A program made the position numbers and the translations under genes. From Azolla caroliniana (lineage: Eukaryota; Plantae; Polypodiophyta): a stretch of 14,101 nt of DNA. Under the pieces are notes generated by a model. The model ran no database searches and was not told where the DNA came from. It saw only the letters and a program-made list of their open reading frames with translations. Shown here piece after piece: positions 8,596 to 14,101 of the stretch. How positions within the stretch are numbered: position 1 is the first letter of the stretch; every line of letters begins with the position of its first letter. Location: NCBI GenBank assembly GCA_043228905.1, contig JBHGNT010000899.1, positions 1 through 14,101 of the forward strand, written 5' to 3'.

Positions 8596-8779
8596 TGTTG
8601 AGAATCAAGCTCAACTTGGTCTAGTGTGTGAACTCACCTTGAGAGTGAAGAGACACTCCAATGGTCAAGAGTCACCATTATGTCACCACTATGTATTCTA
8701 GCATTTAGTATGAGTCATACAATCATATTCTATGACACATAACTTATGAGCTTTCACATTCCCCATGCTCCATGAGGCT
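8596..8779 (+). mobile_element. 5' (U3) fragment of an LTR of the TGTTGAGA-CAAGCTCAAC group, cut just before its TATA box
   Basis: Starts TGTTGAGAATCAAGCTCAACTT like 5537(-) and 7113(-). Its end TTATGAGC...CCCCAT...GGCTTGTA parallels the pre-TATA segment of LTR 6029-7113. Confidence 0.55.
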
Positions 8780-8874
8780 TGTAGTTAATGAAGAGAGAGG
8801 GTGATATCACATATTGAGCCCTTGTTACACAAGCCCAACTAGAGGCTTTTATAGGTCTTTCCATGCTTGTGACA

Positions 8875-8968
8875 TGCACAAAACCATGGGCTAAAACCAT
8901 GGTTTTGTGCACACGGTTTTTGCTTATGTCATGCACAAACCATGGGTTTAGAACCATGGTTTTGTGCA
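8875..8968. repeat. Two tandem palindromic units in U3
   Basis: TGCACAAAACCATGG-7 nt-CCATGGTTTTGTGCA (8875-8911, perfect 15-bp arms) and a near-identical copy at 8932-8968. Confidence 0.9.
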
Positions 8969-9045
8969 CATGGTTTTCTAATGGTTGTTTCATCCATAAT
9001 TCATATATGAAAAGGAAATACATAGAATCTACACTATATGATAGT

Positions 9046-9102
9046 TGTCCTAGTGGTAAGGCAATTATCTTGTATCTTAGAGGTGCAAGTTTCAAACCTT
9101 GC
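9046..9102 (+). other. tRNA-derived (A-box/B-box-like) cassette inside the LTR, antisense to the element
   Basis: TGTCCTAGTGGTAAGG-18 nt-GAGGT-GCAAGTTTCAAACCTTGC. There is no acceptor or anticodon stem, so it is not a tRNA gene. Confidence 0.55.
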
Positions 9103-9197
9103 TTGCACCCCTCTGTATGAACTCAAGTGCCACTAGGCCTTAGAAGGCTTATTTGCTAAGTGTATGTGCAATGTTGCACATCCTTGGTTTATTCGTC

Positions 9198-11414
9198 TCA
9201 CTCGTTTTCACACCGTAGCCGAAAATCATCACGACATCCACCCCCACCAAACCCGCACATCCTCCGGTATGTGCCGAGAAAGGTGAAGAGGTGAGATCTT
9301 TGGCAACGGTGATCAACCGAGTTCCTTCGCACACTCGTCGACCTTGTCTGACTTCGTCTTCCACTTCGAGTATGCCCAATCTTTCCAACCGAACCACCGT
9401 AGCCACCCGATCCACCATATCTGGCGCTCACACCTTCTTCCCCAGTCGGTTGTAGTAGATCTACCGCACGATGACGTCGATCCGACCACTCTTCCTTCGT
9501 CCACCGTGTGTGTCCTTTGATTGGACTCCTGGCCACTCCTCGCGCTCACCGTCTTCAACTGGGTATTGTGGATCGTTCGTGTCGATCTCCAATTAGGCCG
9601 GGTTTGCCCTTGTCCGGATCGGTCTCCACCGATCGCTTCTTGGCTCAGTTGGTCTTCATCTGCATTCTCATTTCTACGAGTCGGGCTGACCGATTGATTA
9701 CTGCCGGGTCAGCCCCCTTTTGGATTGGGATTGTCCGATCGATTTCGGCCGAATCAGGTTTCGGCCGGGTCGGCCCCAGTCGATTGGCTCCCATGTGGAT
9801 CTTCCTTCGTTCGGGCCGGAATACTGGCCAGATCCTCTTCCGGTTCGACCGGTTCTCGACTCTTCCTTCCTTCCCGCATGCCGCCTCTCCATTGAACTCA
9901 ACCACGGCTTCATCCTTGGCCTCCTCGTCGACCACATCCTTCCCTCCGTGTATGCTCGCCTCGAGCCATATTGTCTCCTCTCCGCCACCTCCTTTATCTT
10001 CGGTCTTATGTCGACACACGGTCTCGACTGCCGAAGTCTTCGGAACCAGTGTGAAGGAATCCCTTCGTTCATGCACATTTACCTTATCTTCCTCATCGCC
10101 CTTCCGGTCGTCCGCTTTTCCGTCCACACATTCCGTCTCTCCGGTCTCACGTTGGCGCACGTGCACAACCGCCTAAGTCTCTAGAATAGGTGTGGGGATA
10201 TCCTTTCTTCCTCAATCTTCTTCCTCCTTGTGTTGGGCCTTCGTCTTCCCGTCACCACCTTCCGTCTCTCCGGTCTCACGTTGGCACACGGGCGCAACTG
10301 CCAAAGTCTCTGGAACAAGCGTGGAGAAAGTGTCGACATGGCTATCCGTTGTCGACTCGTCCATAGCCACCTCCGACTCGATGTCGTTTGTCATGGCTAC
10401 CTCCTCAATATCTTCAAACTCAAACACTTTATCTCCCTCGATCATGCAAGATTTTCTCATGCTTGCACCTTCATCACCTGATGTTTCGTACACAATGCGT
10501 GTTCCGAAAAATTTATCCTCCCTCGAAGTGGCGTTCGCCGTCCTCGAGTTACCGGCCTCCTCCTTGGCCGTCGTTTCTTCGTAAGACAAGAAGGTGACTT
10601 GTTTCACACCTTCTCTCTCAGTACCGTCATACCGAACCTGAGCCTTTGTATCGACCACTTCATTAACCCGCATTTGTTGGGAGGTCTATTCTTCCTCAAT
10701 CACCATTCGCCTCGGTTGTGTCTCCCTTTTAAGCTTTATTTCTTTTGTTGGTGGTGCGTTGCTGCATCTCGCCCCTCTTCGATCGTCCCTCATGAGCCGT
10801 CTTGTTGTCGTCAATATTCTCGCTTGCCCCTTATCGTGTAGTTGGCATACACTTTCCACTTTGCTCCAATCCTCGATGAGGCCATTTGCACCATCATCTT
10901 CTTCGAGTTTGAGGCCAATGGCCATCCTTCCCATTCGATCGATTGACTTCACGAACATAAGGACCTTATCGACCCCCACTAATCTTTGTTCCCGCTCCGA
11001 GAGTTGAGAAAAATGATGGTCAAAGTCTACGAATGCTTGTGTCGCTCCTTGGTGGGTCATCGCTGATGTCACCCATTGGTCGAAGTTGCGTCGATCTCGT
11101 CCCTTCAGTCTCTCATACTCATATTCCTCCAATAGAGCCTTCTCGAAAGTCTCCCACGAATCATGAGCTTCTAGAAGCTCTTTTACATCTTTGAAGATTG
11201 GTTGAGACACCACCCGACAAAAGTACTCCAGCCTCATAGCTTCGTCCACACCTCTTGAATCCATCTCCGCATTGTAGAATTTTAGAAAACTTTGGACTTC
11301 GGCGCCGTTGAAATAGCTCACTCGCTCGACTACGCTATCGACGGCTTGTTGGGCTTCATTTCGTCTTTTCCCTTCTCTTAGAAACTCCATCATCCTTTTT
11401 GACATTGCCTCCAT
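9198..11414 (-). pseudogene. gag: Ty3/gypsy gag-like ORF with a long acidic/repetitive C-terminal extension; one frame with six internal stops
   Basis: ORFs 10686-11474, 10212-10673, 9645-10166 and 9198-9536 share one frame. Stops lie at 10686, 10212, 10173, 9645, 9555 and 9546. The N-terminus (FNGAEVQSFLKFYNAEM...SWETFEKALLEEY...FSQLS...KVLMFV...GLIEDWSKV) resembles capsid-like Gag of non-chromoviral gypsy elements, recognised from memory. No PR, RT or INT motifs. Confidence 0.7.
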
Positions 11415-11931
11415 GAGATATTCGCCATCCAGCCTTTCGCCTCCAGATCGTTGCGTGAGTCGGGTGGGAACCACTGAGGTTTTAGACTAGGAGAAAGAAG
11501 AATATGAGATAAGGCTCCTTATGAATCGATTGCAAGAAAGAGAAATATTTGAAAGAAGATATGAACCTCGTGAATCCCACGAGTATAGTGTATTAATTGA
11601 TACTTAGAATGAAAGAGAGAAGTAGATGGAAAAAAAAACGTGAATCCCACGAATATATTAGATTGATCAAAATCCTTGTAAAATAATCAACAACCTCTAT
11701 ACATCTTTCTCTCTTCCTTATATAGTGTTGGAAGAGTCTAAGTTTATCACATGCAAGCATCATGCTTTTCCTATCTTTAGATTTCATGCACACTGCATGT
11801 GCATGATTAGCTTTCTCTCTCATCTTTTCTTTTAACTCGAGTGTCTATGCATGAATAACTTTCTGTACCATGCATGTCTAGAAATTTTACATGGGATAAA
11901 GTTTAGTATAACTTTAAAATTCACAATACGC

Positions 11932-11988
11932 TAGTATAATGATAAGGATTAACATTATTAACATGGAGGTGCAAGGTTCGAATCTTGC
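11932..11988 (+). other. Second tRNA-derived (A-box/B-box-like) cassette inside an LTR, antisense to the element
   Basis: TAGTATAATGATAAGG-18 nt-GAGGT-GCAAGGTTCGAATCTTGC, with the same spacing as 9046-9102. Confidence 0.6.
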
Positions 11989-12055
11989 CCCATGCATGTA
12001 ATATATAATTTTATACTTTCTTCTATTTACAAATATGTCTTTTCATCTGGTGAGA

Positions 12056-12265
12056 GACTCTCACCGGCCTTCTTCATCCGGCTCTTGCCAGTTCTGCTTC
12101 ATCCGGTTCTCGCCGGTTTTCTTTATCCGGTTCTTACCGGATCCTTCTTACCGGTCCTCTATGTCCGTTTCTCACCGACTCTCACCGGCCTTCTTCATCC
12201 GGCTCTTGCCGGTCTCCTTACCGGTTTCGGTCCTCACCGGTTCTTCCTTCTAGTTCTCACTGGGT
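12056..12265. repeat. CCGG-rich U3 repeat array
   Basis: Perfect 34-bp direct repeat GACTCTCACCGGCCTTCTTCATCCGGCTCTTGCC at 12056-12089 and 12177-12210, plus many (T/A)CCGGTTCT variants. Confidence 0.88.
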
Positions 12266-12389
12266 ACTCCATATCCTATCCAGAGAAACCAAAAATGTAA
12301 TTTTTCACGTAGTGTGTGAATTACACTACGACACTCGCCCCCTCCGAACCCGCACATCCTCCGGTATGTGCCGAAGTCCCCGATGCTTG

Positions 12390-14101
12390 CTATTCACCTT
12401 CATCCGAAGCTTCCTCCAATTCTCCCCTTAAGTCGACTATGAGTTGTAATCCACTTTCCTCGCTTTCCGCATCACCACGATCTTCGTCCGATTGCTCCTT
12501 CTTGTCGGTCTTGTCTAGGATCACATAGGGTTCTTCTTCAGTCCGCTTCTTGAAAATCTTCACCCATTTCCCGGCTATAGGCACTCGTAGCGTCGTTCCA
12601 TCCAACTCACATAGTCGGTAGGTTCCGTTATCGAAAACTTTCCGAACCTCATATGGCCCGAACCACCTTTTCGCGAAAACTTTGCTCGCGAGCATCGTTG
12701 TATGTTGATGATCCAAACTACTGTCGTAGACAATCACCCAATCTCCTTCTTCAATCTTCCGCGGTCATAGTCAGTGCTTTGTGTCGAACCGGCTTTTATT
12801 CCGGAATCGCGCTTCTTGTTGTCGGCGTATTGCTTCCGCTATGTCTTCCGGTCTTCCCTCCAGTTGTCGTATCCGGACCGCTAGTAGTTCTTCCCAGCTC
12901 ATCTCTTCCTTCCATGGTAGCATTGTCCATGTCGCGATTGCGGTTTCCGTCAGCATTACCGGTGCTTGTCCGGTCATAAGTTCTGCCGGCATGTAACCGG
13001 TTACGGAGCTATGCATCATCCGATCCGCCCATAGTGCATACAGAAGCATCTGCGACCAATCCTTCACCCTTCCATCGCATGCCTTCGCAAGTGCTTTGAC
13101 AATCGGACTATGTCCTCGTTCGATCTTCCCGTTGGCTTCCGGATTGTATGACGTTGTCAGTGTTAACCGAACGCCATGTTTAGTGAAGAATTCCTTAGCT
13201 TTATAAGAGTCGAGTTCTCCCCGATCCGCAATCACTTGTCCTACGCACCCGTACCTGCAAAACACTTCTTCCAAAAGGAATTGGCATACCGTAGAACACA
13301 TTTTCCTCCGTAGCGCCCGACCTTCTACTTGGTTTGTGAGATCTTCCTGAGCTAACACCAAGTACTTCTTTTGTCTGATCCCGGTTGGCATGGCTACAAT
13401 GTCAACCATCCATTTGAAGTTGATTGTTGGTGAGAATGTCGGATGTAACTCATCTCGGTGTCGAACTCCGGAGTAGATTTGACACTTCTCGCAGCTGTCC
13501 GTGAACTCCACGACATCTTTGTACATATTTTTCCACCAATATCTTTGCTTGATCTTCCCAAATGTTGCCCATGTTCCCCGATGTCCAGCCCAATCAGATT
13601 CGTGAAATTCGGACATTAACTAGTTTCGTTGCTCTTTTGTCCCGACTACTCGAAGTGGTATGCCACCCGGTCTTTTCGGCTCCCTCCATAAAAATCCATT
13701 CTCCAAGAAGAACTTTTGTACTTGCCATTTCTTACTTCGGATCTCGGCTCTCTTCCCTTTATTGTCCGATGATTCCTCGATTTCTCGTAGCATTTTCCCG
13801 ATCAACAAGGTTTCTCCCTCGTATTCTTCTTCCCGGAATTCTTGGATTACGTCCACCCGGCATATGTGCTCCGAAGCAAAGTAGTCTTCGGAAACTTCTT
13901 CATTATCGGATTCGGTTATGTCATCTCCGAACCACGCCCTTGATAGCATATCCGCTATAGCGTTGTCTTTTCCGGAGATGTGTCTTACCTCCGGATTAAG
14001 TGACTTAACATATGCAATCCATCTTAGCATAGCCACATCCGGTATCGTGCAACACCGCATCATCCCGAGTATTGGAAGACAATCCATTTCGATCACTACT
14101 T
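12390..14101 (-). pseudogene. pol: Ty3/gypsy pol 3' part (RNase H end, integrase HHCC + DDE + GPY/F), non-chromoviral; three in-frame stops
   Basis: Motifs RWIAYV...HISGKDNAIADMLSR, HESDWAGH...CEKC, WMVDIV, IADRGE, YNPEANGKIERGH and WFGPYEV. The RH-before-INT order defines gypsy. The three ORFs share one frame, with stops at 13620 (TAG), 12771 and 12765 (TGA). It ends in an acidic tail with no chromodomain. Confidence 0.95.

Larger units (their letters stand above)
8780..9236 (-). mobile_element. 3' LTR (about 457 bp) of the gag-only gypsy-derived element
   Basis: The minus strand reads PPT GGTGGGGGTGGA (9237-9248) then TGTCGTGATG. TATAAAA lies at 8847-8853(-). The candidate end is ...ACTACA at 8780 (5/6 inverted repeat with TGTCGT). 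An alternative end at 8596 cannot be fully excluded. Confidence 0.68.
11449..12333 (-). mobile_element. LTR (about 885 bp) between gypsy pol and the gag-only internal region; left boundary approximate
   Basis: The minus strand reads PPT GGAGGGGGCGAG (12334-12345) then TGTCGTAGTG. TATATAA lies at 11718-11724(-). The U5-like block at 11466-11491 is similar to 5026-5050. No clean terminal CA plus canonical PBS was found. Confidence 0.65.

Noticed and set aside
9508-10584. Ser-rich plus-strand ORFs as an antisense accessory gene
   Set aside because: Their composition mirrors the Glu/Asp/Arg-rich minus frame that is continuous with gag. There is no independent evidence.
11461-11473. TGGTTCCCACCCG(-) as a definite PBS after ...CCTCA
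   Set aside because: The homologous GTGGTCCC is present at the end of the 3' LTR at 5043-5050, suggesting it is LTR sequence. I could not assign a tRNA.
11932-11988. Functional tRNA gene (also 9046-9102)
   Set aside because: No acceptor stem or anticodon stem can be formed. Only the promoter-box-like parts remain.

Overview
This window is a plant-type nested LTR-retrotransposon cluster with no host gene. From left to right it contains: (1) the intact 3' half of a Ty1/copia element (RT-RNase H, Tnt1/Tork-like) with its PPT and 3' LTR (1-2437); (2) a pol-less Ty3/gypsy-derived element (2438-5050); (3) a decayed minus-strand copia integrase (5051-6028) split by a TSD-flanked solo LTR (5097-5537); (4) a deleted minus-strand copia element (6029-~8595) carrying a TSD-flanked solo LTR (6094-6744) and a probable second one (7227-7914); (5) an LTR fragment (8596-8779); (6) a minus-strand gypsy complex reading pol(RH-INT)-PPT-LTR-gag+long acidic repeat ORF-PPT-LTR (8780-14101). 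The most unusual signals are: a covarying hairpin beside the PPT in three gypsy elements whose LTRs otherwise differ; antisense tRNA-like (A-box/B-box) cassettes inside two gypsy LTRs; a CCGG-rich U3 module shared by copia and gypsy LTRs; and a gag-only frame of about 740 codons with a repeated ~30-aa module that reads through the PPT into the LTR. All alignments and counts were done by eye, and lineage names are inferences.
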